Assembly (NCBI RefSeq): GCF_001412615.1 | Contig: NZ_CP013011.1 | Location: 1-32,000, forward strand | Direction of reading: 5' to 3' | DNA: 32,000 nt | Source: Pyrodictium delaneyi | GTDB taxonomy: Archaea > Thermoproteota > Thermoprotei_A > Sulfolobales > Pyrodictiaceae | Shown: piece by piece, positions 23,237 through 32,000 of the stretch | How the letters are laid out: each line of letters begins with the position of its first letter | Numbering within the stretch: position 1 is the stretch's first letter | Notes under the pieces: generated by a model | The model's input: only the letters and a program-made list of their open reading frames with translations | Told to the model about the DNA's origin: nothing | The model's database searches: none | Made by a program: the position numbers and the translations under genes

Positions 23237-24355
23237 CTAGTAGGCCCTGATGCTGCATTGTGCGATGCCGCGTCTGCATAGCCGTAGGGCTGCTTGGAGG
23301 TATTGCTCGCCGCGCTCGTACACCTCTATGAGGTCTATTACGTCTCTCTCTACTAGGTCTATTAGGAGCTCTTCTTCAATCCTTGTTAGACCTAGCTGCT
23401 CTCTACCTATCGCTGCTACCTCTATGCTCTCAGCGAGGCTGAGCGGCGCTTGGCTTATACCCGCAGCGGCAGCTATCCTCGAGGACAACTTCTCTATGAG
23501 CCGCTGCATGTTGCTAAGCTTCTCGTAGGCTTTACGCACGTTAGCCGCTACTAGCCCCAGCTCTTCTAGGTCGTTGGCTTCGCGGAGCGTCTCAGCAGCA
23601 TCATATGCTGATATGACGCTTGTGAGCACTTGTGATAGCCACCTACAATACGGAGCCTCTGGCCCCATACGCTCGCGGCACATTTGTAGCGCTTCTGAGA
23701 GGTCGGCTAGGCTCGAGGTTAGCGTGTCAAGCAGCTGAGCTATCTCTGTAAGCCTTGACGTGACTGTTTCGAGGTGAGCTAGGCTCGTATCTAGACTATC
23801 GGAGCCGACCAGTCTAGCTACTAACATTACTATGTCGTGAACCTTTGCTATTTCCTTTGACTCTAGTCTACGGGCCGCCTCGTATACCTGGACTAGCTGT
23901 TTGCTAATGCTCTCCCACCGGGTTGCGATACGCTCCGCGTTATTAATCAAGTCTCCAGCTCTCTCGGCACCCGCTGATAGCAGCGAATACACTATCGGCG
24001 TTAGAGGTCCACCCGCTCTCACTACTGCTACAAGTAGTCCCATGCTCTGAGGTGATGGACACTCCTCGACATCAAGCGTAGACCCCGTAATGCTGTGCGC
24101 GAGTACCCGGAGTACGCGCTGGCACGCTGTCAGCGACGCCTCGCGTGCCTTGTCATAGTTTGATGCTGCTGTGTAGTCCTTAACAGAGCGTAGTAGATGC
24201 GCTACTTCTTGTCGTAGGCTTTCTGGCGCAACTTGCAGTGCTGTATTTACAGCTTCTATGTTCCCTGCTATCTCTTTCAGCGTCTCCTCTATGCTCTGTT
24301 GAGAGCTTAGCATTGCCTCGTATTCTTGGACTAACTTCTCTAAAGCCCACGCCAC
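23237..24355 (-). CDS. All-alpha, coiled-coil-like protein, 372 aa, partner of the large NTPase
   Basis: The start lies 6 nt after the stop of the 908-aa gene. The sequence is Leu/Ala/Glu-rich and heptad-like throughout. The C-terminal about 50 aa (LGLTRIEEELLIDLVERDVIDLIEVYERGEQYLQAALRL) may form a small helical or wH module. Confidence 0.7.
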   Translation of the reverse strand: MAWALEKLVQEYEAMLSSQQSIEETLKEIAGNIEAVNTALQVAPESLRQEVAHLLRSVKDYTAASNYDKAREASLTACQRVLRVLAHSITGSTLDVEECPSPQSMGLLVAVVRAGGPLTPIVYSLLSAGAERAGDLINNAERIATRWESISKQLVQVYEAARRLESKEIAKVHDIVMLVARLVGSDSLDTSLAHLETVTSRLTEIAQLLDTLTSSLADLSEALQMCRERMGPEAPYCRWLSQVLTSVISAYDAAETLREANDLEELGLVAANVRKAYEKLSNMQRLIEKLSSRIAAAAGISQAPLSLAESIEVAAIGREQLGLTRIEEELLIDLVERDVIDLIEVYERGEQYLQAALRLCRRGIAQCSIRAY

Positions 24356-24361
24356 AGGTAA

Positions 24362-27088
24362 TCACCCTACTATGGCTTCTTCCCTAGCCTCTTTGCGTGC
24401 TTGGTCAACGAGAGGTTGAGATGGAATAATTCGGTCTATGGCCTCGATTATCTTACTCTTGAGCTCTTCAATTCCTGAACCACCTTTCTCGGAGAGCATC
24501 TTCAGCTTGTTCACTAGGCTGACTGCCGTGGATAGGTACTGGACAGCTTCAGCGAGACTGCTCATATTGGATAGATCACTAGTTATCGCCTCTAGCGCTT
24601 TCTTACGCAGCTTGTCAGGCAGCTCCTCGAGGTTAGCCTCGAGGCTTCCATAGATCCTATAGACGGCGGCTAGGTCCTCGGCCAGCTTAGATGCCACAGT
24701 ACCTATAGGCGATACAACCATTGCTGCTATGGAGAGTGCTGCTGAATTGCTTCTTGCTATTTCCTCGGCTTTGGACACTATTGCTTTCATCTCTTCTATG
24801 ATGTTTGCTGCCTCCTCTAGGACGCCGGCGCGGGGGACGTGTTCAACATAGGCTGCTAGTCTCTCTGCCAGTGATGATATCTCGCTGAGACCGGCTTCCG
24901 GCTGGTACTCTTCTAGGCCCAGCAGTATTGCTACTAGCCGTGCTATGCTGGGGCCACGTGCCTGGCCACGTTCTCCACAAGAGGGTGATACGCGCCCTAC
25001 GAGCGTGTACCCTTTCTCCTCAAGCTCCTCGTAGATTTCGGCTATACTGCTGTAAGCCTTGGAGACAGGTTTTGTCCTGGAAGCGCTGTAGTCTACACCA
25101 GCTATTCTAGATGCTTTCTCGGCTAGTGAGCGTGCCCGTTGCTGTAGCGTTGCAAGCTCCGACACTATCTTCCCGGCCGGCTCGGGGCCTAGATCACGAA
25201 TCAATGCTGCAACTGCATAGCCTATCTCACCATAGTCTTGCTCCACGACGTGAGCCCGAGTCTCTATGCTGGCCAGCTCCTGGCCAGCCTTGGAGGCGAG
25301 TACCTCTATCACTAGGCTACGTAGGAGGTCTGCGTAGAGGTTCACCGTCCGCCGGTCGTGACCGGTTAGGTTCTCTGGCAGACACCCAGCAGTTGCTATG
25401 GAGAAGCCATAGAGGAGTGAGTATACGAACAGGCTTAGCCGCGGCCCTGCTTCGACCACCAGGCTCCCGGTGAGGGCCGCAGCAGCCTCCAGCAGCCGCG
25501 GCACTTGTTTCTCTCGTCGTCCAGCATCCGGCTCTATGACGAGTACTACTAGAGGCTCTCCTGAGAGCATTTTGCAAGCGAGTTCTTGGGCATAGGATTG
25601 CAGGCTACGAGCCGGGGCTACTACTAGCTTCAGCCCCCGCTTTTCGAGAAGCTCGTTGAGGCCCAGGAACTCTGAGAGCCTAGAACTATACTCCATTAGC
25701 TCGCCGAGCGCTAGGCTGTTAACAACCTCCACTACCTGGCTTGGACCGGTTCTCCGGGCACAACCTACTAGGGGCGAGCTACTTGCCATCGGGTAGAGTC
25801 GCGCCACCATGCTGGGCCGTAGCGCTGCTACCGGCTCGCTGAATCTCTCTATAGGCGGACTCAAGAGATCGGGGTTCAAGGCTTCAATAAGCTGGGCAGC
25901 GTGGGGATCATCACCATATATCTCCCGGGCGACATCTGCAGCTATTGTGAATAGCTCGCGCAGCGCCTGCGGGTCGTATACTATGAGCCCGTCCCGGCTC
26001 CACGCCAGCGCCGCATGCTCTAGCGCCGAGACAGCATGCTCGACCGAGGAGGCCTGGAAGCCCTTCGCACGCGCATAACGCGTCATCCAAGCCTCTGCTT
26101 CAGAGAGGAGATCTTCTACACGGACCGCCGTCCTAGAGTAGACTACAGCAAGGTTAGCCTCGGGCAGAACCTCGTAGCCTAGCAGCCTGCTTAGCAGTGA
26201 GAGAGGAACAGGGCCCGGGAGGACCGCGAGGAGCGGAATCATCTTCTTGTCCTCTATGAGCCTGCGGACCTCCCGGTAGCCTGTTTTGTCGAAGAGGGGT
26301 ACCCCCTCCACTATCTCGCGTGCAAGCGCTTCCTCGCCGAGAAGAACCGTTTCAACATGTTCGGGACCCTGCTTGAGCGCTGCAGCGAGCTTACCGACCA
26401 CTGTGTCTACTAGCATGCGGGCCCACGCTATACGTCCCTTGGAAGCCCACCACACCATGTTAGCGAGGAGGCTTGCAGCATCAGCCAGTTCACCGCCTAG
26501 GATCTCAACTACCATGCGCTCTATTACGGGCTTAGGGAGTAATGGAAGCGTGAATATCCTGCTACGCCACGCTACGGGGCCAAAGACGGCCTCCTTGAGC
26601 GTTGAAGAGGGGCCGAGGGCCAGCACCACGTATACTTTGGTGCTATGAGTTCTTATGGCCTCAGCCACGCCACGGAAGGGCGATGTCTCGTACTCAACAA
26701 TACCTCTCAGCAGGTCATAGCTCTCCTCGACTTCATCCACAAGGAGGACAACAACCCCACTTGCCTCGCCGAGCTTTTCCCGGGCATACTCCTCTAGTAT
26801 CCTGGGCAGCTCCGACTCATGAACACTACCATAGCGTTCAACTATGTACTCCACTATGTCTGCTAGCTCAACCCGAAGCGCTGCTGCACCAATACTCTTT
26901 GCAAAGGTCTCTAGGTGCCGTAGAAGCGTAGTCTTGCCGGATCCATAGGGAGCCACAACCACCGGCATCCAGTACTCGTCGGCACCACCCTCAACATAGC
27001 TACGAATTAACCCCTCAAGCTCAACTCTTATCCGTCGATGCTCCTCGCTTAAATCACACCATCCCGTTTCAAGACAGCCGGGCTCCAA
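24362..27088 (-). CDS. Large P-loop NTPase, 908 aa: N-terminal AAA/ORC- or BrxC/PglY-like ATPase core, large helical middle and C-terminal regions (TTG start)
   Basis: Walker A is VVVAPYGSGKTTLL. Walker B is VVVLLVDEVEE, about 70 aa later. No TM segments and no nuclease, methylase or protease motifs were recognisable by eye. Confidence 0.8.
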   Translation of the reverse strand: MEPGCLETGWCDLSEEHRRIRVELEGLIRSYVEGGADEYWMPVVVAPYGSGKTTLLRHLETFAKSIGAAALRVELADIVEYIVERYGSVHESELPRILEEYAREKLGEASGVVVLLVDEVEESYDLLRGIVEYETSPFRGVAEAIRTHSTKVYVVLALGPSSTLKEAVFGPVAWRSRIFTLPLLPKPVIERMVVEILGGELADAASLLANMVWWASKGRIAWARMLVDTVVGKLAAALKQGPEHVETVLLGEEALAREIVEGVPLFDKTGYREVRRLIEDKKMIPLLAVLPGPVPLSLLSRLLGYEVLPEANLAVVYSRTAVRVEDLLSEAEAWMTRYARAKGFQASSVEHAVSALEHAALAWSRDGLIVYDPQALRELFTIAADVAREIYGDDPHAAQLIEALNPDLLSPPIERFSEPVAALRPSMVARLYPMASSSPLVGCARRTGPSQVVEVVNSLALGELMEYSSRLSEFLGLNELLEKRGLKLVVAPARSLQSYAQELACKMLSGEPLVVLVIEPDAGRREKQVPRLLEAAAALTGSLVVEAGPRLSLFVYSLLYGFSIATAGCLPENLTGHDRRTVNLYADLLRSLVIEVLASKAGQELASIETRAHVVEQDYGEIGYAVAALIRDLGPEPAGKIVSELATLQQRARSLAEKASRIAGVDYSASRTKPVSKAYSSIAEIYEELEEKGYTLVGRVSPSCGERGQARGPSIARLVAILLGLEEYQPEAGLSEISSLAERLAAYVEHVPRAGVLEEAANIIEEMKAIVSKAEEIARSNSAALSIAAMVVSPIGTVASKLAEDLAAVYRIYGSLEANLEELPDKLRKKALEAITSDLSNMSSLAEAVQYLSTAVSLVNKLKMLSEKGGSGIEELKSKIIEAIDRIIPSQPLVDQARKEAREEAIVG

Positions 27089-27177
27089 TCAGAGAGTCCC
27101 CTTAGCGAGAAATACTGTCTAACCGCCAAGCCGGAGTAGTAAAAACCCTCAGACCCATACACCTTCCTTGACTGGAA

Positions 27178-27253
27178 GTGATGACCCCGCGCCTCCAGAG
27201 CCCAGATCAGCTATTCCGGGCAATCGGGCTGTGAAGAGGGTCTTGAGTGCTGA
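27178..27253 (+). ncRNA. Candidate C/D-box sRNA in a 490-bp ORF-free region
   Basis: Canonical C box GUGAUGA (27178-84), then a 12-nt GC-rich spacer CCCCGCGCCUCC. An internal stem pairs AGCCC with GGGCU. C'-like GUGAAGA (27231-37) is followed by an exactly 12-nt spacer and a canonical D box CUGA (27250-53). The D' box is degenerate and the terminal stem is weak. Confidence 0.35.
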
Positions 27254-27577
27254 TCTACAAAACACGAGAAGAATTCTGGCCATAAACGCTGTTATGGCGC
27301 TAATTACTCATTGCTCTGCACCACCCAGCTGATAGAGGAGCAAAACGCTCACTTCTCTATCTACCACTGCCTTTAACCTAGCACGGATAACACAATGTGC
27401 TGTCCTAGACCAGCTATAATACAACCATCAAGATCCGCATCGTGAATTTGAGAAGCGTGAAGCCATGCTACCGTGATAGTTGGAGAAAAGAGGCCGAAAC
27501 ACATAATGAATGTTGCCACTAAAGGTGTAGCAGGCGGGTTAGAGCTTCCATAGACGAGTAATAGGTTGTTGAAATGA

Positions 27578-27955
27578 TTATTCTTCTACTTTTACGTCTT
27601 TGTGTGTCTCCCATACTCCATGGAGGTTGCAGTAGCTTAGGACGTAGAGTGTACCACTCTTCTCCAGCCTTATGGTTATCGTTATCTCTGGCTCTGCGTA
27701 GACGGGCTCTAGGTCTATCGTCGCTATGTGTATTGGGTTGAATGCGCGGCCCTCTTCGCTGAACCAGATCTCTATGCGGCGTATCGAGTGCTGTACCTGG
27801 TTGGGGTGCGGACCTACCTTTATTGTTATCTTGAAGGGTTCGCCCTTCTTGACTGTGTCTGGTGCCTCGATCTTAGGCGCATGTGTCTCTGCCTTAGAGG
27901 CAGCCGGGCCCGTTGTCTCGGGTGTGTATATTAGTTCTCCGAATGGCTTGGCCAT
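27578..27955 (-). CDS. sor: Superoxide reductase (1Fe-SOR / neelaredoxin type), 125 aa
   Basis: ETHAPKIE, GPHPNQVQHSIRRIEIW and SYCNLHGVWE match the E-K-H-x-P, H-P-x...H and C-N-x-H-G-x-W iron ligand motifs. Confidence 0.9.
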   Translation of the reverse strand: MAKPFGELIYTPETTGPAASKAETHAPKIEAPDTVKKGEPFKITIKVGPHPNQVQHSIRRIEIWFSEEGRAFNPIHIATIDLEPVYAEPEITITIRLEKSGTLYVLSYCNLHGVWETHKDVKVEE

Positions 27956-28062
27956 GACTATCGGCCTCCAGTTTAACAGGAGTTAACTAGCGTTGGATAA
28001 AAGTGTAGCGGGCATCAGAGCGTTTTTAGGAGAAGTAAGTGCTGTAAGGGTGGCTCTAGTCC

Positions 28063-28773
28063 TTGGAGATCGTATTAGAGGTGCCAGTGTTCAGAGAGTG
28101 TCTGATTGTCCGAAGGCTTAACCGCTTCGTGATCGAAGTCGAGATAAATGGTTCTAGAGAGATGGCCCATAACACGAATACTGGGCGGCTCACAGACGTG
28201 CTTGTACCCAAGCGTACCGGGTTATGCATACCGCTAAAGAGGCCGAGAAGGACGCGGTTCCGCCTGTTTGCTGTCGAGTATCGGGGCGGCTACGCCATTA
28301 TCGATACTCGGCTGCAGGAGGATGCATTCGCTGCTGCTGTGGACCGTGGACTTCTCCCGTGGGCCACCAGCTGCCATGTAGCTTCTAGGAGGCCGCAACT
28401 CGGCTCCTCAGTACTCGACTTCCTACTAGACTGCAACGGCTCGGAGATCTATGTTGAGACTAAGAGTGCTGTACTCATGGGCCCTGGAGACATTGCTATG
28501 TACCCCGACTGCCCTACTGAACGAGGCCGAAGACACATACGCGAGATAATAGCGCATGCTAAGAGAGGCGTGAAGATAGCGCTAGTGTTCATCGCCGCCT
28601 TGCCGGGCGCCCGGGGGTTCACACCTAACCCGGAAGGTGACCCGGAGATTCCCGGCCTCGTGCGAAGAGCTGTAGAGGCTGGTGTAATTGTCAAGGCTCT
28701 GGGGCTTGATTTTGATGCTGGGCGGCGAGGGGTCAGGCTTTATGCTCCTAGTCTCCCAGTTGTACTTGCCTAA
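28063..28773 (+). CDS. sfsA: SfsA family protein (sugar fermentation stimulation protein homolog / nuclease-fold), 236 aa (TTG start)
   Basis: RRLNRFVIEV, AHNTNTGRL, YVETKS and the C-terminal HIREII region match the SfsA family pattern. Confidence 0.8.
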   Translation: MEIVLEVPVFRECLIVRRLNRFVIEVEINGSREMAHNTNTGRLTDVLVPKRTGLCIPLKRPRRTRFRLFAVEYRGGYAIIDTRLQEDAFAAAVDRGLLPWATSCHVASRRPQLGSSVLDFLLDCNGSEIYVETKSAVLMGPGDIAMYPDCPTERGRRHIREIIAHAKRGVKIALVFIAALPGARGFTPNPEGDPEIPGLVRRAVEAGVIVKALGLDFDAGRRGVRLYAPSLPVVLA

Positions 28774-28844
28774 CTGCTTCAGCAAGGGGCCTTAGGCCTC
28801 GACTGTCTGGGGACTGCTATACGTATCTCGGGGGCTGGGGCGGC

Positions 28845-29639
28845 GTGGCTGTACTTAATGTGTATAAGTTACTCCTAGTAGACCTCGACGGCGTGGTATG
28901 GCGAGGATCTAGGCTCCTCCGGGAGAATATTGAGTGGTTGAGGCGTGCTAGGAGTAGTGGCATTAGTGTAGTATTCGTGTCAAATAACTCGACTCGGAGC
29001 CGCCGCGTCTATGCCGAGAGGCTTACTCGCATCATGGGCTTTGAGGTCGGAATTGAGGATATAGTTACGAGTGGTTACGCTGTGGCCCGCTGGCTACGCG
29101 AGACTAGCGGTCCTTCCCGAGTTCTTGTTGTAGGCGAGGAGGGGCTTGTAGAGGAACTCCTACAGCAGGGCCACTGGGTACTCAGCATAGGTGATGGCGC
29201 ACGTTGTCCCGTAGACTATGTAGTGGTCGGGCTCGACCGTAACCTGACATATGCCAGGTTGCGTGCTGCCCACCGCGCCATAAGACAGTGTGGTGCACGC
29301 CTAGTAGCCGCCAATGACGACGCCTCCGTCCCTGTAGAGAATGGTGACGAGCCTGGAGCCGGCGCCGTACTTGCCGCCCTAGAGCGTTCAACCGGCGTGA
29401 AAGCGGCCTTCATAGCCGGTAAGCCTAATCCCTACATGTACGAGCTGGTCTTGAAGCAGAGAGGAGTAGAACCACGCCAAGCGCTAGTAATTGGTGATCG
29501 GTGCGACACTGATATCGCTGCTGCAGAGAAGCTCGGGATCGACAGCGTGCTCGTGCTCACAGGTGTCGCTGGGGAGCGGGGAGAACGTTGCAAGGCGACA
29601 TACGTGGTTGATACCCTCGCCGATCTGGACCAGTACTGA
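28845..29639 (+). CDS. HAD-superfamily subfamily IIA hydrolase (NagD-like sugar phosphatase), 264 aa
   Basis: LLVDLDGVVW (motif I), VSNNS (motif II), GKPNPYMY and IGDRCDTDI (motifs III/IV). Confidence 0.85.
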   Translation: MAVLNVYKLLLVDLDGVVWRGSRLLRENIEWLRRARSSGISVVFVSNNSTRSRRVYAERLTRIMGFEVGIEDIVTSGYAVARWLRETSGPSRVLVVGEEGLVEELLQQGHWVLSIGDGARCPVDYVVVGLDRNLTYARLRAAHRAIRQCGARLVAANDDASVPVENGDEPGAGAVLAALERSTGVKAAFIAGKPNPYMYELVLKQRGVEPRQALVIGDRCDTDIAAAEKLGIDSVLVLTGVAGERGERCKATYVVDTLADLDQY

Positions 29640-29653
29640 GGTGCCAGGATCTT

Positions 29654-30499
29654 CTACACACAGCGTGTCATCGCCCCATCAATGACTATCGTAGACCCGT
29701 TTATGTAGCTAGAAATACTACTTAGAAGGAAAGCTATCAGGCCTGCTATCTCCCGTGGTTCTCCGACCCTTCTCATCGGCGTGGGCTCTATCACCCATTT
29801 GCGCCACGCTTGCTCGAAATCCACGCCTTTCATCTCTGCAAGCCTTCTGATATTGCTGCGTGCACCTGGCGTATCAAAACTACCCATCAACACTGTGTTC
29901 GCGCGGATACCACGACCCCCATACTGTCTAGCAATAGTCTTAGCGAGCTGTACGAGGCCTGCACGCGCTGTATCGGCTAGTACAAAGTGAGACATAGGCT
30001 CCTTGACAGTGACCGAGGAGAGGTAGATGAACACACCTCGCCCCTGGTCCAGGAAGCGGGGTAGTAGTAGGCTTGTCAGATAGCCTGGTGCTATGAGGTG
30101 AAGCTGTGCTGCCTCGAGCCAGTCCTCATATCCAGCCTCATGGAGGTAGCACGGCTCGCAGCCTATGTTTCCCGCGTTGAATACTAATGCGTCAAGCCCT
30201 CCGAGTCTACTCCAAGCCTCCTCCACAAGCCTCTCTAGATCCTCACGCCTTCTTAGATCCACGGATATGCCTATAGGTTCTACCCTAGCTGTCTTGCTAA
30301 TCTCTTCTGCCGCTCTAGCTACCGATTCACGTCTACGTCCTACAATTGCTACTCTTGCACCCCATTCAGCTAAGCCGCGGGCCACGTAGAACCCTATGCC
30401 ACGTGTAGATGCGGTAACGAGCACACGTAAACCGTCCAGTCTGAAGGATGCACTCAAGGAGCCTCTCCCCACTGCCCTCAGCGAGGCATTAGGCATCAC
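29654..30499 (-). CDS. Short-chain dehydrogenase/reductase (SDR), 281 aa
   Basis: VLVTASTRGIGFYVA is the TGxxxGIG cofactor motif. NAG and the downstream catalytic-region pattern are present. Confidence 0.85.
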   Translation of the reverse strand: MMPNASLRAVGRGSLSASFRLDGLRVLVTASTRGIGFYVARGLAEWGARVAIVGRRRESVARAAEEISKTARVEPIGISVDLRRREDLERLVEEAWSRLGGLDALVFNAGNIGCEPCYLHEAGYEDWLEAAQLHLIAPGYLTSLLLPRFLDQGRGVFIYLSSVTVKEPMSHFVLADTARAGLVQLAKTIARQYGGRGIRANTVLMGSFDTPGARSNIRRLAEMKGVDFEQAWRKWVIEPTPMRRVGEPREIAGLIAFLLSSISSYINGSTIVIDGAMTRCV

Positions 30500-31187
30500 T
30501 CATGGCAGGGGCTGTTCCACTGCTAACCTTCTCGACGCTCTTTATACACTCCGGAGGCACGTGAGGTGCTAGGTACATTACATGGCTGGCCCGGTACACT
30601 GGCACACCCATCTCAGCTAGACAACGCGGGTCAATACGGAGGAGTACTACCCGACTGCCATGCCGCCTAGCAGCCTCTATGGCCTCCTGGGGCCTCGCTG
30701 CCAGGTGCACCATTAGCCTTCTCATAGGCTTCAAGCCTTCATGTATTATCGAGTTGAGCCTCTCCATTACCGTGCCATGATAGAGTACTTCGGGTAGCTC
30801 GTTTTCGCTGAGTGGCTCGTAGCCCAGCTCTAGCTTCACGCTATGCCCGTATGCTGCTCTTATGCGGCGGTTATCGCTTGAGAGCTGGAAGCGGCCCTTA
30901 GGGTCTAGTAGCGCGACAGCTATCACGTGCTGCCGTGTTACCCACTGGTAGAGGTCTCGGCGCCGCCACCTCTCCCTTATAGCACGTGCGAGCTCTTCTA
31001 CCTCAATCCAGCCTCCAGGACCAAGCTCTAACCCAGCCTCGTGAGGTATGTGGCGAAGGATCGCGCTCATAAGCTTGCTCAGTCTTACGCGCTGCTCACC
31101 AGTCATGAACAATGCTGCCGGCTTATCACAGTGCCAGGGCTCCTCAGTAAATGCCCCACAGACCCTGCAGCGGTATATAGGCTTCAA
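30489..31187 (-). CDS. kptA: RNA 2'-phosphotransferase (KptA/Tpt1), 232 aa if started at 31187; M28 at 31106 is an alternative start
   Basis: RLSKLMSAILRHIPHEAGLELGPGGWIEVEEL and LYHGT are KptA/Tpt1 motifs. The N-terminal 27 aa carry C-x2-C...H-C. Confidence 0.85.
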   Translation of the reverse strand: MKPIYRCRVCGAFTEEPWHCDKPAALFMTGEQRVRLSKLMSAILRHIPHEAGLELGPGGWIEVEELARAIRERWRRRDLYQWVTRQHVIAVALLDPKGRFQLSSDNRRIRAAYGHSVKLELGYEPLSENELPEVLYHGTVMERLNSIIHEGLKPMRRLMVHLAARPQEAIEAARRHGSRVVLLRIDPRCLAEMGVPVYRASHVMYLAPHVPPECIKSVEKVSSGTAPAMSDA

Positions 31188-31244
31188 GGCTCCCCGATCT
31201 ACCTAGGTAGTGTCAAAGAACAGAAATGAAGGCTTCAAATAGTC

Positions 31245-32000
31245 TTACACGCTTCCGCATGCACAGCCTATAGCCTCTTCCTCCATGAGGCGCTCAGCCT
31301 GTACTAGTCTAGCTGCCTCACTGGCCCTGGCCACCGCCTCCTCATATGCCGCTGCAACTACCTCTCCTATGACTTTCACTGCATCGTCAGGGTTTATGCG
31401 CTCTGCTCTGGGGAGCGGGTTTGTCCATAGACTCTTGTACATCGACTCTATGGTCTCGCGGTCAACCTCCTCTAGGTTCATCTTGTCTAGTATCTTCTTG
31501 GCCGTATAGAGCTTCTTTGCTACTATCGGGTGGTGTCTCCAGAGGTGCTGACTACGGAACTCTTCCCATGGTATTCCTGTGCCGGTGTAATATCGCTTGT
31601 AGCTGGTCTTGATGGCGTCCTCTATTAGCCCTGGGTCTTCTAGTATGTCTATCTCTTTCTCACTGAACTCGTGGAGCGCCTTATAGGGGCACATCAGGCA
31701 TGCGACACGGGGTAGGCCGTCATAGTAGTCGGGGTGGACGAGGCCTAGCTCGCGTACATTCTTAACGATGTCGAGTATAGTCCATATGTATATCGGTCTT
31801 ATTCTGCCCCCGTCGTATATCCTCGGACGCTGTGGAGACATCCTGTAGAGGCGGTTGAACCGCTTAAACGCCTCAGTCATACGGTCACCATCGGCTGTTA
31901 CGTCGGGCCTCCTAGCCTTCTTTAGCTGCTTTATCGGCCTCAGTTTCATGTAGGTACACCAACGCTTGCCACGGTACGGCAGACCCTCCTCTAGCAGCCT
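31245..32000 (-). CDS. PAPS reductase/PP-loop family-like protein, 5' end truncated by the window edge
   Basis: The reading frame stays open upstream of the track start (31949) to position 32000 (..LLEEGLPYRGKRWCTYMKLRPIKQL). RWCT..(L/M)K..P resembles the conserved C-terminal motif of PAPS-reductase-like enzymes. Confidence 0.5.
   Translation of the reverse strand, partial: RLLEEGLPYRGKRWCTYMKLRPIKQLKKARRPDVTADGDRMTEAFKRFNRLYRMSPQRPRIYDGGRIRPIYIWTILDIVKNVRELGLVHPDYYDGLPRVACLMCPYKALHEFSEKEIDILEDPGLIEDAIKTSYKRYYTGTGIPWEEFRSQHLWRHHPIVAKKLYTAKKILDKMNLEEVDRETIESMYKSLWTNPLPRAERINPDDAVKVIGEVVAAAYEEAVARASEAARLVQAERLMEEEAIGCACGSV

Noticed and set aside
24438-26931. Numerous plus-strand ORFs (60-120 aa) inside the 908-aa gene
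   Set aside because: They are Ser/Arg/Pro/Ala-rich antisense shadow ORFs of a long, well-supported minus-strand gene.
21974-27338. CCAGCTGAT(G/A)GAGG present on both sides of the NTPase cassette (about 21976 and about 27325); considered as flanking direct repeats of an island
   Set aside because: Only 9 nt match exactly. A match of that length between two intergenic regions of several hundred bp is expected by chance.
1-32000. Search for CRISPR arrays, rRNA genes, IS elements/transposases and terminal inverted repeats
   Set aside because: No regularly spaced direct repeats, rRNA-like sequence or transposase-like ORFs were seen anywhere in the window.

Overview
The window looks like a hyperthermophilic crenarchaeal chromosome, Desulfurococcales-like. 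This is inferred from an archaeal-type PEP carboxylase, an intron-containing tRNA, A/T-rich TATA boxes about 25 nt upstream of often leaderless starts, GGTGA-type Shine-Dalgarno (SD) sites, and superoxide reductase, KptA and SfsA genes. No species assignment is possible from the sequence alone. The window splits into three parts. (1) Positions 1 to about 8234 hold the right-hand part of an integrated virus-like element that abuts the 3' end of tRNA-Leu(GAG). It carries chains of small overlapping ORFs, ribbon-helix-helix (RHH) and winged helix-turn-helix (wHTH) regulators with a thrice-repeated operator, and a structural module. That module has three small two-helix hydrophobic capsid-like paralogs, a 632-aa sequon-rich glycoprotein and a Thr-rich secreted protein. 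The element also carries a P-loop ATPase. It ends in an ORF resembling the N-terminal fragment of a split SSV-type integrase, which reads straight through the tRNA gene. The left end, with the expected Int(C) and attL, lies outside the window. (2) Positions 8.2-21.7 kb and 27.5-32 kb hold host housekeeping genes: three tRNAs, speE, archaeal PEPC, thrB, a Met/Cys PLP enzyme, a surface Lon-like protease, a TroA/ABC-3 metal uptake operon with a NikR-like regulator and a phosphatase, SOR, SfsA, a HAD hydrolase, an SDR, KptA and a PAPS-reductase-like gene. (3) Positions 22.0-27.1 kb hold an uncharacterised minus-strand cassette. It contains a 908-aa P-loop NTPase translationally coupled to a 372-aa all-helical protein. 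Downstream are a 114-aa protein and a protein with a novel N-domain fused to a tRNA-binding OB-fold. ORF-free regions flank the cassette and contain C/D-box-like sRNA candidates. I saw no CRISPR array, rRNA or IS/transposase. All calls rest on reading motifs by eye. No database search or numeric computation was done.
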